A stretch of DNA of 64,000 bases from Octopus vulgaris (lineage: Eukaryota), in assembly GCA_951406725.2 (NCBI GenBank), contig OX597834.1:24428001-24492000 (forward strand), read 5' to 3'. Shown in pieces: positions 22,886 to 35,199 of this stretch; position 1 is the stretch's first letter; each line of letters starts with the position of its first letter. Made by a program: the position numbers and the translations under genes. The notes below the pieces were generated by a model. The model was given only the letters and a program-made list of their open reading frames with translations. It was not told the DNA's origin and searched no databases.

Positions 22886-24544
22886 GATTCTTTATTACCC
22901 ACGAGGGGCCACACAGAGGGGACACTACAAACATTGGGGACATAGAACATCACAATCACAAGAATGAAAGATGGATTTTGAAAATGATATTATGAAAGTG
23001 ATGCTAACGGCCCCATCCGCTAGCATCACTTACCTGTCCTTTAGTTGTTAATCCCACACAAATGTTCCTTGTTCCATTCCTATACAAAATCCTTCCATCT
23101 CCATCCTTTTTTCAAACGTCTCTTCCAAATCCCTCATGATTTTTTCAACCATTCTCACTTCACTTACTTCCCAATCCTCCCTTTCACACATTTCCATAAA
23201 CTCGTCCATTCGTCCTTTTCCAATTACTGCATACCTGATCTTTCCTCTGTCACACCATTGATACTCTTCCATTTTCTTTTTAATCTTTTCTTTTCCCGTC
23301 ATACATACAATGTTTGGCCTGGGTTCATTTTTTGTGTCTTGGTTTTGTGTGTCTTTTCTTTTCTGTTTTCTTGTTGGAGGGGAGCGGGTGGGTTCACTGT
23401 CTGCAGGGAGAGGGTGGGACTCAGAGGGTGTGGGTGGTGTTGGGGTTCCATGTTGTTTTCTTTTCCTCTTATTCTCCTCTTTCTCTTTTTCCTGGCTTCT
23501 TCCCATTCTTGTGAATTTTCTTCCTCTTCTACTGTCTCCTTCTCTGGTTTCTGTTCTTTTTCCTCCTCACTTTGTGGCTCGGAATCCATTTCTTTCACTG
23601 GGGGACTGCAGTAAGCTCTTATGTGACCCCTCAGGCCACACTTGTAACAACGTGGAGCTCTGCCCTCCACCCACACTCTCATGGTTACGTCTCCCAATCT
23701 GATGTTTTCTGCTAGGTCCACCAGTACATCATCCTCTGCCTGCACATTTAGTTCCAGTGTCACACCTCTCCAGCCCTCGGTCTTAACCGAGGCATGGAGG
23801 ATGTCCACTTCATCTTCGTGGCCGCTGATTATAGCCGCCACAATCCACTCGGCTTCGACGTTTGGGGGTATTCCCTCGACCCTTACTCTTGTAATTTTTC
23901 TATTTAAATATGTAGGCAAAAGTATTACCTTCTCGGATTTCTCCGCCTTCGCCGCCATCTTCCTTGCTGCAGTCTCACTTTTGAACTGTACTACTACAGT
24001 ACCATATTTTGAACCTCTCGTCAGAAAATGAATTTCCTCTTCCGTTCTTCTTAGCGCCTCCTCTATCCACTCCATGTTTACCACTTCTATCTTTCTCTTT
24101 CCGCTTGCGTATACCCTGTATGTGATTGTCCTTTTCTCGTGCCATTCTTTTCTCTTGGGTATCGGTGCTAGTTCGACCTCACCGCTGTCCTTCTTCATAT
24201 ATTTCTGGAAACTTGGCAGCTTGGCCAAGTCCACCCCTTTCTCTTCCGCCTTCTTGGTCACACCGGCACAGGTATAACCCAGCTTCTGATCCATTTTCCT
24301 CACTGCTTCTTCTAGTTCCTCCTCGGACGTAGACAAGTCTGATAGAGACCCAAAAACTCTAGCCGTCTCTCCCATCAGGGAGGGGTCGTCCATATCCTCC
24401 TGTCTGGCAGACCGAAAACGGCCGCCCGAACAGAAACACGAAACCGTATCAACAAACGTACAAAATTCCACAACAACAATTTTCCCACTTACTTTTTGTT
24501 CTTTTTTACAAATTTCACGAGCCGAAAAAAACACAACTTACGTA
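22886..24544 (-). mobile_element. Solo ORF1-only retroelement (1659 bp) with 17-bp TSD
   Basis: gttatttcagaatactt (22869-22885) and gttatttcacaatactt (24545-24561); 3' tail gtcccctctgtgtggcccctcgtgggtaataaagaa. Confidence 0.88.
23048..24393 (-). CDS. ORF1-like CCHC zinc-knuckle protein (open 24393-23299; C-terminus probably continues in the 23048-23506 frame)
   Basis: CYKCGLRGHIRAYC; homologous to units 1 and 2 (RVEGIPP, RVWVEGR.PRC). Confidence 0.78.
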
Positions 24545-24820
24545 GTTATTTCACAATACTTTTTACTTACCCATTTTATGTCTTGTTTAATATCCTCAGA
24601 ATCTACCACTGGCGGACGGGGTTCATTTCTCACCTCCAGCCCCAGTGGGTTCATTTCCAATGGAAATGTTTCTTTTAATGTTCTCTATTTTCCTTCCTCT
24701 GTCAAAATACATTTCATGTTCCTATCACATCCCTCTGTTAGTTTAACCCTTGCAATATTTTTCATTTTACATATTTTCTTTTCAATTTTTGGACCTGCAC
24801 AGTATGTTATCAAATATATA

Positions 24821-25091
24821 TTTCTTTACTACCCACAAGGGGCTAAACACAGAGGGGACAAACAAGGACAGACAAACGGATTAAGTCGATTACATCGACC
24901 TCAGTGCGTGACTGGTACTTAATTTATCGACCCCGAAAGGATGAAAGGTAAAATCGACCTCGGCGGGATTTGAACTCAGAACGTAACGGCAGACGAAATA
25001 CGGCTACGCATTTCGCCCGGTCTGGGAATCGAAACCGCGATCCTACGATCGCGAGTCCGCTGCCCTAACCACTAGGCCATTGCGCCTCCAC
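24821..25091 (-). mobile_element. Chimeric SINE: family C tRNA head joined to family B body and tail
   Basis: The junction falls in CCGGGCG, which both families share (about 25014-25020). Confidence 0.8.
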
Positions 25092-27278
25092 ATATATATG
25101 TGTGTGTGTGTTGTGTGTTTGTTTAACGGGTTGGGAGCTCATATTCATGAATCTGCACGTAGACGGCTCAGGGCCCATTTAACGTCGCTCTAGGACTAGC
25201 AGCCAGATTTCCCCTCAAATCCTACAACCATCTTGAAAAAACAAAAACAAAGGAAAAAACTCCGCGTTGAATAATGTGGTTCTGGCTTCTCTCAATGAGA
25301 TGATCATGGCTGGGATGCCTTCGATCACAGGTCTATTAGATGGTGATTGACCTAAGGCTAAACAACCGTTTTTACTATTTCAAACCTCGATGGGTAATAT
25401 GTTACCCGGCTATATTTTGAGACGTGTGTATATCATTGTTTACATCGATCACATCGTTTGGCAGATGTTTAATTTATAGGCCTTAGAAGGACGAAAAATA
25501 AAATTTTAGTGAGATTTGAACCCAAATCATGAGAGGATGTAACCAATATATGTCGTAATTTGTCTGATACTCTACTCATTCTGCCAGTCTGAGAGACTTA
25601 ATGCCTCAGGAAGTATGGCAGAGTTAGCTTACGATGGGTTGCCTAAAGGTTACTGGCGTAAGGGCATCGCGAAAGGTCCAGTTGGAGACCCAACCTTCCG
25701 AGTTCCTTTACAAGGTTAGAAAAAACTGAAGGACCAAGTGTGTGAATCAGAAAGGAACATGTTGAGTAAAATCATAATTAACTAATCCTCCAGTATTTTC
25801 TTTTACCCAAAGCCAGGAACTTTTCAGCGCCCCCCTTGTAGTCGATTAGAATTACTCTAGTGTTTATTTGGTATTTATTTTATCAATCCACCCCTGGAAG
25901 GATCGATGGTTAAGCTGACCAAGCGGGATTTGAACTCAGAACGGACATGACCGTGACTAAATATCGAAAAACATTTTATCTAACACTAAGGATTATCACG
26001 AATCCACCATCTGAGGGATGTAATTAATTTCTTACCTAGACACAAAGCCAAAAATGTAGAGGTGGGGAAGGCTTGCATTAAAAAAGAAGTAATATTAATC
26101 CTTCCCCTTCTATTAGTATTTCAACAACTCTCGATGACCATAGCTGGATTTTGAACTTCTAATTTAAGTATCAATAAGTAAACACTGCCAAATATTTTAA
26201 AACGATAAAGCGGAATATAGTGAGTCATTTCGTTTGGCACCGCCGTTTGTAATTCTGCCACTAAGCCTTTTTGTGTCGAGTTTCATTCTTTCGAGACCCA
26301 AAACGCTGGACTGCGCGATATTCATTCCGATCCAATTACCATCAATTCTCATATTTGTGGGTGTGTACACAGTAGCCACAAACTGGATTCGAACCAGGTA
26401 CTTAGCTTCCTTATCTACTTTGTTATTGACGAAGAACGCTCGTACGAGTGCCCCCGTAACATTGTCGTAGAAAATGAAACTAACTTGCAATCAAGCAAAA
26501 AGTTAAATAGATTCTCCTATACCACGAGAGCTTACCGTTTGCATTAATGTACAATAATTTCAGCGACAAAGAGACGAAATAATTTCTGGAATTACAAGGA
26601 TCCAGTTGAAAAGATGAGTTAACCAGGTAGTTTATCTGCTAGTAAAATAAATGGTTGCAATTCATGATCAGATGAATTTAATTAGAATTGAGACTAATCT
26701 AAGAAAGATTGACCTAATCCAGCTATGATTTATCTTCCACATTTAATATCAATCCCCTTAGTCCCAATTGCAAAAACTGGGTCACAACAAAAACCCTCAT
26801 CTCAATTCGAATAATTATAAATACATTTCATTCGGGCCACTGAAGCCCTCTTGTGACTTGCCAGAAATAAAAACCGAGCAAAGATATGTTCTAAGTTGAG
26901 GTGGTCATGACTGGAATAATCTTGAAATTAGCTCAGCCAACCATAAGTAATGTTTCCAAAGCTCAATCCACCAATTCCTATTAACCACTTGTCGGTCCTG
27001 TGTATTACAGAACATTCCTCCGACGTTCATGAACGTTTTTTTTTTGTTTTCATTATCCCCCCAACCACCAGAGTAACATAGGACTTATGAAAGTAAAAGC
27101 CTTATTCAGAACATTAAGCCTGAAAATAAGCATGGATGTTCAAAACAAACTTGCAATAACACTGTATAAGCAAAGGGGTAAATATATTACCATTTTTAAA
27201 TGCACTCCTCCCTGGAGTTAAAACCTAGATACTCCTCTTGCATCAATCCTTTCTGCATGCAAAGGTTTCCATCAGGGG

Positions 27279-27310
<32 letters not shown>

Positions 27311-27779
27311 CCGTTCAAAGCAACCAGTGTCAGATAACTGCATAAAATTTGTGTACCTCAGAAAAGAGAAATGTCTGATTTTAAAGATTAAGTTTATTTC
27401 AAATTTATAAAACTTTGGAATTACTGTATTAAACACTATCAAAAATCACAAGTTGTTTGTACAGTAAGTATTTATAGTTTTCTTTGAACAGAAAATATTT
27501 TAATTCATAAAGATTTTCAAGTGAATGACATAATATTTTTCAGTAAAAGTGACTTAAAAATTACAAATTGTACAGTGAGTATTTATATTTCAGCTTTCTT
27601 TAAACAAACAATATTCTAATTATTAGAAAGTATTTTTAAGTGAATAGGATTTGAAAACTACGAGTTTGTACAGTAAATAACTATTTCTTTAAACAGACAA
27701 TATTTTCATTTACAAATATTTTTCAGTGATTTAAAAAAAAATATTTTGAGGTAATAGGAAGTTTTCGAAGGTGGATACG

Positions 27780-28420
27780 ATTTCATTCTTAGAGCATGCC
27801 TCGATGAGGAAGAAAACAGCTGGTTGGTCTATAGATAGTAAGAGAGTTGAAGAATGTCAGCAAGATAGTGGTGAACGCCAAAAACAAGATCAAGACAGGC
27901 ATGCGAATAGAAGGATCGACAAGAGTGAATGTCTCGCGGAAGAGTGAAAGAGACAGAAGCTGGCGAGATGTATCGGACGCTCGGAGAACTAAGCGGGTGG
28001 CGGAACTGAGGGAAAAACAGAGGAGTTCAGGAATAGCATGTTCGGAGAGCTGAGCTTATCGCAGAACAGAGGGAAAAAAGACAGAAAAGAGATCACGAAT
28101 CAGACGCTCGGAGAGCTGAACGTCTTTGCCAACGAACCATTGAGAATAGAGCAAGGACTGATCTCTGCTAATATTGGGCAGATGAATAAGAACCGTGTCT
28201 TGTAATGCAATGCTTTTTCATTGTGACACTGCTAACTTTTGCTGTATGAAAAGTTACGCTGGGGAATATGCACCCTTCGAGGAACTTAAACATTTAGCAA
28301 TTTATTTAGTACTGATCAACCTTGGGCAAACGAGTTCGGGAAGAATCTCAGACAGTACAACTGCGCGTTCTAAATGACATCTTTTGGGGCCGAAGAAGTT
28401 CTTTCCTCAAGGAGTGGATG
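27780..28420 (+). mobile_element. Helitron RepHel N-terminal coding relic (partial copy at about 31610-32106)
   Basis: R/E/Q-rich repeats, then NIGQMN…SCNAMLFHCDTANFCC (Zn-finger) and NEFGKNLRQYNCAF*MTSFGA, matching the Helitron NIRxYNxAFxMTSFG motif. AT-rich subrepeats of about 100 bp lie upstream (27457-27730). Confidence 0.72.
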
Positions 28421-28652
28421 GAGTGAATAATACTGCCAAAAGACAAGTAAACAGGACCAACGGTTCCCGAGATAGTTTTTTTTTTTCGGTGGTGGGTACC
28501 TTTATAAATAGCTGAACCTGCGTATAATGGAAAAATTAGGATTAGGAATGGAGTGAAACAGCTAAATATTCGAGTTTAAACATTTGCAACTGATTAAGTC
28601 GGTGGTGATACATAGTTACAATTATTAGGAAGTCAAAACATCGACTACTCTA

Positions 28653-29787
28653 CGAGGGTCGACTGAAAAGGTCATCGGCTGACCAAGATATCTTCATGGA
28701 ATGAAATCGATTTTTTCAGTCTCTTGTGGTCCACAGTTCTTTCATGGCTGTTGTGGTTCTTTAATCCCAAAGATTTCATCCTGCTCCTCAAAAAAGTCAA
28801 TAGATATCACGTTATCGTTAATGCGATTTTGATTCCAAGCCAAGCGGGTTTTTGCCATGTTGAAGTTGAGCGAGTCAGATGGAACCAAAATCAAGAGAGT
28901 AATCAACCAATTTAAAGCCAGTCACGTACAACAGCAACCGAAGCCAAAAACTATGCTCGAGTACTGTCCTGATGAAACGAGACTTTTTGTCAGTTTTCCT
29001 TTCGTAAATGCATCAGCATGGGACTCTCCATTGATAGTGTGGCTTTTTTGAAGAGTTAATATCATTTGCATTACAAATGGCTGAGGCCATCACTATCCCA
29101 GTAGATGAAACAACCGCAACTATCTTTAGAGCAGCTGAAGAGGGTTATTTCCATTGCATGGAGAAAGCCAATGCGCACCATGGGGTAGGAAACATTCAAG
29201 GAAAACCAGCTGATCTACGTCAAACGATGTCGGATTTTCCCGTGATATGATCAGCCTTGTGTACTTTCGATCAAGTGTCAGAAGACGTGGCACCCATCGA
29301 GTAGAAACTTGTGTCTGGCCCAGTTCATCGTGTAGAATAGTCTTAATTCCCCACAGGATATACTAATATTGGCTACTTGCTACATAGCTAATCGCCTATT
29401 ACACATGTGAACACGAGCAACGTTTTTCTCTAGCGACAGTTGCAGGACGTGCAGACGTTGGGTCATCTTCAAGACTTCGCTTCCTCCTAAATTCAGCTGC
29501 CCACTTTTGCATTGGTGATAAAGTTAGAGAGTCACCTCGTAATATAGCAACCCTGTCAGTATACCATTGGGGGACAAACCATTTCTTTGCAGGTATAGAG
29601 ACGACAATGCTAATTTTTGTCAATTTCCAAGAGCAGTCGTTAGTTTTTTTTAAAGTCGTTTTTGAACAGTTAATGGTAAGTTCACAGGAAATAAATAGTT
29701 ATTAAAAGTGGAAATTAATGCATGTGAGATTTAACTGCTCTATCACTTCTTGATAGGAAGCGTGTGAACTTGTCAGCACACCACTCG
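28653..29787 (-). mobile_element. Degraded mariner transposon
   Basis: TA-flanked diverged TIRs (cgagggtcgactgaaaaggtca / tgaacttgtcagcacaccactcg); peptides KWAAEFRR…LEDDP…RP and RWVPRLLT. Confidence 0.8.
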
Positions 29788-30315
29788 TACAATTCGATAC
29801 AAGCAAGGGCTTTTCTTGATCGACTTAAGTTGCCGAACAGATTTTATTACATCCTACATCAAAGGAAAGGGAATATCTGATAAATACGAATCCAGTCTAG
29901 AGAAAAAGAAAGCGGGATTTGAGGGTTGGAACGTCTTTGCTTCATTGTTGAGAATTTTCAAAAGGATCGGATTTTTTTCGATTTAATTGCAGTCATTTAG
30001 ATACGACGGCAAGCTTTGTATATACTTTCAATAGTTAAAAATCGAGTTATTTTTGAACAAGTTTGATAAGCAAAACTGGATTTTTTGCGGAAATTTGAAT
30101 CTTTCCTTTGCTTATATTGAACCTTTGAATTTATAAAGGAAGCTGGTAAACAGGAACATAAACAAATAGTTAATAACATTAGTTTTAGTCGTTAAGGTTT
30201 TAGAAAAAAATCAGAACGGGGATTCAATCTCAAAACAGGAAGGAAAAAAAATTTCACAACGGTTAAAGTTCTTAGTGAAAACGTGTAATGGGTACAAGTT
30301 AATAAATCGAGTCAT

Positions 30316-31002
30316 TCAGTAGTACGTTGGAACTACAATAAGTGGGGTTTCACGCAAATATTTGCGATAAAACAGGTAAATACAGAGAACAACTAATCCA
30401 ATACAAACAACAATAAATAACCAGAAAGCCAAGGTCCTCATTGTGGACTCTTGTTCAGGTGGGGGAGTTGATGAAAAATGCAAGTAGGTTATTAAGTCTA
30501 TTTCTGTAGTGGAGGTTATAACTCCGTTGGTCGGACTTCTGGTAGAATTGGTAGCGGATATAGTGACCGTTTCATTAGGTAGCAGAGAGTAAAGAGGACT
30601 GGTAAGAGTTGTGTTTGCTAATCCATTCTTTGTCGTCTGTTTCAAGTTCAGTGTGTCAGTGATGTTGGAGGACAAAAATGATTGTGTTCGGTACAGACTG
30701 GTAAGTTCAGAGTTAAATTCTGTAGAATTTCGTTCAGCTTCTGTTGTCGTACTGAAGTTAGCAACAACAGGATGGATAGAACTCGAGCTGGTTCGAAATT
30801 TATCGAACGCAGTATGGTTTCGAGATAATCCCAGCGACGGCAAAGTGCTGTGTGAAGACTGCTTTAAATTGTTGACAGCAGCAAAGAATTTAGGTTGGAT
30901 GACGGAAGCTTCTGGAAGATTTGCCGCAACATTTCGCTGGGTAACGGATAACAGCCAAACTTGTGTAATGGCAAAGCATAAGAAATAAAGAATTCCTTCC
31001 AT
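30316..31002 (-). CDS. Uncharacterised mucin-like type I membrane protein, 228 aa
   Basis: Signal peptide, S/T-rich ectodomain with 7 NxS/T sequons, TM LAFWLFIVVCIGLVVLCIYLFY, tail RKYLRETPLIVVPTYY. Confidence 0.8.
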   Translation of the reverse strand: MEGILYFLCFAITQVWLLSVTQRNVAANLPEASVIQPKFFAAVNNLKQSSHSTLPSLGLSRNHTAFDKFRTSSSSIHPVVANFSTTTEAERNSTEFNSELTSLYRTQSFLSSNITDTLNLKQTTKNGLANTTLTSPLYSLLPNETVTISATNSTRSPTNGVITSTTEIDLITYLHFSSTPPPEQESTMRTLAFWLFIVVCIGLVVLCIYLFYRKYLRETPLIVVPTYY

Positions 31003-31071
31003 TATAGAGTCCTCTCTATGTATTTACAATAACAATCTGCTCACCAGCTCTTCCTGGAATGATTTTTTTGA

Positions 31072-31171
31072 NNNNNNNNNNNNNNNNNNNNNNNNNNNNN
31101 NNNNNNNNNNNNNNNNNNNNNNNNNNNNNNNNNNNNNNNNNNNNNNNNNNNNNNNNNNNNNNNNNNNNNNN
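31072..31171. other. Assembly gap (100 N)
   Basis: Directly visible. Confidence 1.
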
Positions 31172-32185
31172 ATTTGTGTACCTCAGAAAAGAGAAATGTC
31201 TGATTTTAAAGATTAAGTTTATTTCAAATTTATAAAACTTTGGAATTACTGTATTAAACACTATCAAAAATCACAAGTTGTTTGTACAGTAAGTATTTAT
31301 AGTTTTCTTTGAACAGAAAATATTTTAATTCATAAAGATTTTCAAGTGAATGACATAATATTTTTCAGTAAAAGTGACTTAAAAATTACAAATTGTACAG
31401 TGAGTATTTATATTTCAGCTTTCTTTAAACAAACAATATTCTAATTATTAGAAAGTATTTTTAAGTGAATAGGATTTGAAAACTACGAGTTTGTACAGTA
31501 AATAACTATTTCTTTAAACAGACAATATTTTCATTTACAAATATTTTTCAGTGATTTAAAAAAAAATATTTTGAGGTAATAGGAAGTTTTCGAAGGTGGA
31601 TACGATTTCATTCTTAGAGCATGCCTCGATGAGGAAGAAAACAGCTGGTTGGTCTATAGATAGTAAGAGAGTTGAAGAATGTCAGCAAGATAGTGGTGAA
31701 CGCCAAAAACAAGATCAAGACAGGCATGCGAATAGAAGGATCGACAAGAGTGAATGTCTCGCGGAAGAGTGAAAGAGACAGAAGCTGGCGAGATGTATCG
31801 GACGCTCGGAGAACTAAGCGGGTGGCGGAACTGAGGGAAAAACAGAGGAGTTCAGGAATAGCATGTTCGGAGAGCTGAGCTTATCGCAGAACAGAGGGAA
31901 AAAAAGACAGAAAAGAGATCACGAATCAGACGCTCGGAGAGCTGAACGTCTTTGCCAACGAACCATTGAGAATAGAGCAAGGACTGATCTCTGCTAATAT
32001 TGGGCAGATGAATAAGAACCGTGTCTTGTAATGCAATGCTTTTTCATTGTGACACTGCTAACTTTTGCTGTATGAAAAGTTACGCTGGGGAATATGCACC
32101 CTTCGAGTTTAAACATTTGCAACTGATTAAGTCGGTGGGGATACATAGTTACAATTATTAGGAAGTCAAAACATCGACTACTCTA

Positions 32186-33317
32186 CGAGGGTCGACTGAA
32201 AAGGTCATCGGCTGACCAAGATATCTTCATGGAATGAAATCGATTTTTTCAGTCTCTTGTGGTCCACAGTTCTTTCATGGCTGTTGTGGTTCTTTAATCC
32301 CAAAGATTTCATCCTGCTCCTCAAAAAAGTCAATAGATATCACGTTATCGTTAATGCGATTTTGATTCCAAGCCAAGCGGGTTTTTGCCATGTTGAAGTT
32401 GAGCGAGTCAGATGGAACCAAAATCAAGAGAGTAATCAACCAATTTAAAGCCAGTCACGTACAACAGCAACCGAAGCCAAAAACTATGCTCGAGTACTGT
32501 CCTGATGAAACGAGACTGTCAGTTTTCCTTTCGTAAATGCATCAGCATGGGACTCTCCATTGATAGTGTGGCTTTTTTGAAGAGTTAATATCATTTGCAT
32601 TACAAATGGCTGAGGCCATCACTATCCCTGTAGATGAAACAACCGCAACTATCTTTAGAGCAGCTGAAGAGGGTTATTTCCATTGCATGGAGAAAGCCAA
32701 TGCGCACCATGGGGTAGGAAACATTCAAGGAAAACCAGCTGATCTACGTCAAACGATGTCGGATTTTCCCGTGATATGATCAGCCTTGTGTACTTTCGAT
32801 CAAGTGTCAGAAGACGTGGCACCCATCGAGTAGAAACTTGTGTCTGGCCCAGTTCATCGTGTAGAATAGTCTTAATTCCCCACAGGATATACTAATATTG
32901 GCTACTTGCTACATAGCTAATCGCCTATTACACATGTGAACACGAGCAACGTTTTTCTCTAGCGACAGTTGCAGGACGTGCAGACGTTGGGTCATCTTCA
33001 AGACTTCGCTTCCCTCCTAAATTCAGCTGCCCACTTTTGCATTGGTGATAAAGTTAGAGAGTCACCTCGTAATATAGCAACCCTGTCAGTATACCATTGG
33101 GGGACAAACCATTTCTTTGCAGGTATAGAGACGACAATGCTAATTTTTGTCAATTTCCAAGAGCAGTCGTTAGTTTTTTTTAAAGTCGTTTTTGAACAGT
33201 TAATGGTAAGTTCACAGGAAATAAATAGTTATTAAAAGTGGAAATTAATGCATGTGAGATTTAACTGCTCTATCACTTCTTGATAGGAAGCGTGTGAACT
33301 TGTCAGCACACCACTCG
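32186..33317 (-). mobile_element. Degraded mariner (duplicate of 28653-29787)
   Basis: Near-identical sequence. Confidence 0.8.
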
Positions 33318-33846
33318 TACAATTCGATACAAGCAAGGGCTTTTCTTGATCGACTTAAGTTGCCGAACAGATTTTATTACACCCTACATCAAAGGAAAGG
33401 GAATATCTGATAAATACGAATCCAGTCTAGAGAAAAAGAAAGCGGGATTTGAGGGTTGGAACGTCTTTGCTTCATTGTTGAGAATTTTCAAAAGGATCGG
33501 ATTTTTTTCGATTTAATTGCAGTCATTTAGATACGACGGCAAGCTTTGTATATACTTTCAATAGTTAAAAATCGAGTTATTTTTGAACAAGTTTGATAAG
33601 CAAAACTGGATTTTTTGCGGAAATTTGAATCTTTCCTTTGCTTATATTGAACCTTTGAATTTATAAAGGAAGCTGGTAAACAGGAACATAAACAAATAGT
33701 TAATAACATTAGTTTTAGTCGTTAAGGTTTTAGAAAAAAATCAGAACGGGGATTCAATCTCAAAACAGGAAGGAAAAAAAAATTTCACAACGGTTAAAGT
33801 TCTTAGTGAAAACGTGTAATGGGTACAAGTTAATAAATCGAGTCAT

Positions 33847-34533
33847 TCAGTAGTACGTTGGAACTACAATAAGTGGGGTTTCACGCAAATATTTGCGATA
33901 AAACAGGTAAATACAGAGAACAACTAATCCAATACAAACAACAATAAATAACCAGAAAGCCAAGGTCCTCATTGTGGACTCTTGTTCAGGTGGGGGAGTT
34001 GATGAAAAATGCAAGTAGGTTATTAAGTCTATTTCTGTAGTGGAGGTTATAACTCCGTTGGTCGGACTTCTGGTAGAATTGGTAGCGGATATAGTGACCG
34101 TTTCATTAGGTAGCAGAGAGTAAAGAGGACTGGTAAGAGTTGTGTTTGCTAATCCATTCTTTGTCGTCTGTTTCAAGTTCAGTGTGTCAGTGATGTTGGA
34201 GGACAAAAATGATTGTGTTCGGTACAGACTGGTAAGTTCAGAGTTAAATTCTGTAGAATTTCGTTCAGCTTCTGTTGTCGTACTGAAGTTAGCAACAACA
34301 GGATGGATAGAACTCGAGCTGGTTCGAAATTTATCGAACGCAGTATGGTTTCGAGATAATCCCAGCGACGGCAAAGTGCTGTGTGAAGACTGCTTTAAAT
34401 TGTTGACAGCAGCAAAGAATTTAGGTTGGATGACGGAAGCTTCTGGAAGATTTGCCGCAACATTTCGCTGGGTAACGGATAACAGCCAAACTTGTGTAAT
34501 GGCAAAGCATAAGAAATAAAGAATTCCTTCCAT
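33847..34533 (-). CDS. Mucin-like type I membrane protein; translation identical to 30316-31002
   Basis: Identical 228-aa translation in the ORF track. Confidence 0.8.
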   Translation of the reverse strand: MEGILYFLCFAITQVWLLSVTQRNVAANLPEASVIQPKFFAAVNNLKQSSHSTLPSLGLSRNHTAFDKFRTSSSSIHPVVANFSTTTEAERNSTEFNSELTSLYRTQSFLSSNITDTLNLKQTTKNGLANTTLTSPLYSLLPNETVTISATNSTRSPTNGVITSTTEIDLITYLHFSSTPPPEQESTMRTLAFWLFIVVCIGLVVLCIYLFYRKYLRETPLIVVPTYY

Positions 34534-35199
34534 TATAGAGTCCTCTCTATGTATTTACAATAACAATCTGCTCACCAGCTCTTCCTGGAATGATTTTTTT
34601 TGATTTCTGATTTTTTCAGATTAAATACTAAACCAATTTCATTGTAGTGATTGTTATTAAAATTAGATTCTAAAATTTCTATCTTTCAGATATGTTCTGT
34701 TTAATATTCAAATTAATTTTTGCCTAAACTAAGTTTTTTATTCATCCTCTCCCACACATATTTTGCTTCCTTTTTCTTCTCACTATTCCTTTCTAGCATT
34801 CTCTCTATTTATTTCTTTACCAGTTTTGAGAACAATTTAAGTTCAATTCTCCTGTAAGTCAATCGCGTATAAGCAAATAGCATTTTTTCTCTTTTCGTTG
34901 CTTTTCGTATATTTTTCTTTCCTTTTCTCGTTACTTAATCTACCCCTAGCAGTTTAAGTAACCTCTAAAAGTTCATCAACCTCCAGAAAGTAATTAACAC
35001 CAGAAATGTTAAATTCGATTTAATTTCGTGCTTCTTCATTCTAAGTTATAATTTCAAGCAGTATCGAAGCAGATTTTTGATTTTCATGATCCCGGGTCGA
35101 TAAAATTGTTACCAGTCATACAAAGGGGTTAGTTGTATGGCAATACATCTCTATAAATGCCAATGCAAAGATTTATTAAGAATGAATCTCGAAGAAACT

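Larger units (their letters stand above)
27347..31071. repeat. Copy 1 of a near-identical direct duplication
   Basis: Matches 31172-34603 apart from a 293-bp indel and a few SNPs or small indels. Confidence 0.95.
31172..34603. repeat. Copy 2 of the duplication
   Basis: See copy 1. Confidence 0.95.

Noticed and set aside
26197-26490. ORFs in unique-looking DNA (also 19826-20134 and 21227-21637)
   Set aside because: No recognisable motif, splice structure or paralog; they could be exons or old TEs but cannot be supported by eye.
30611-30988. Antisense ORFs over real ORFs (also 34142-34519, 8348-8872, 9768-10953, 23045-24332)
   Set aside because: Shadow frames of the opposite-strand coding sequences.
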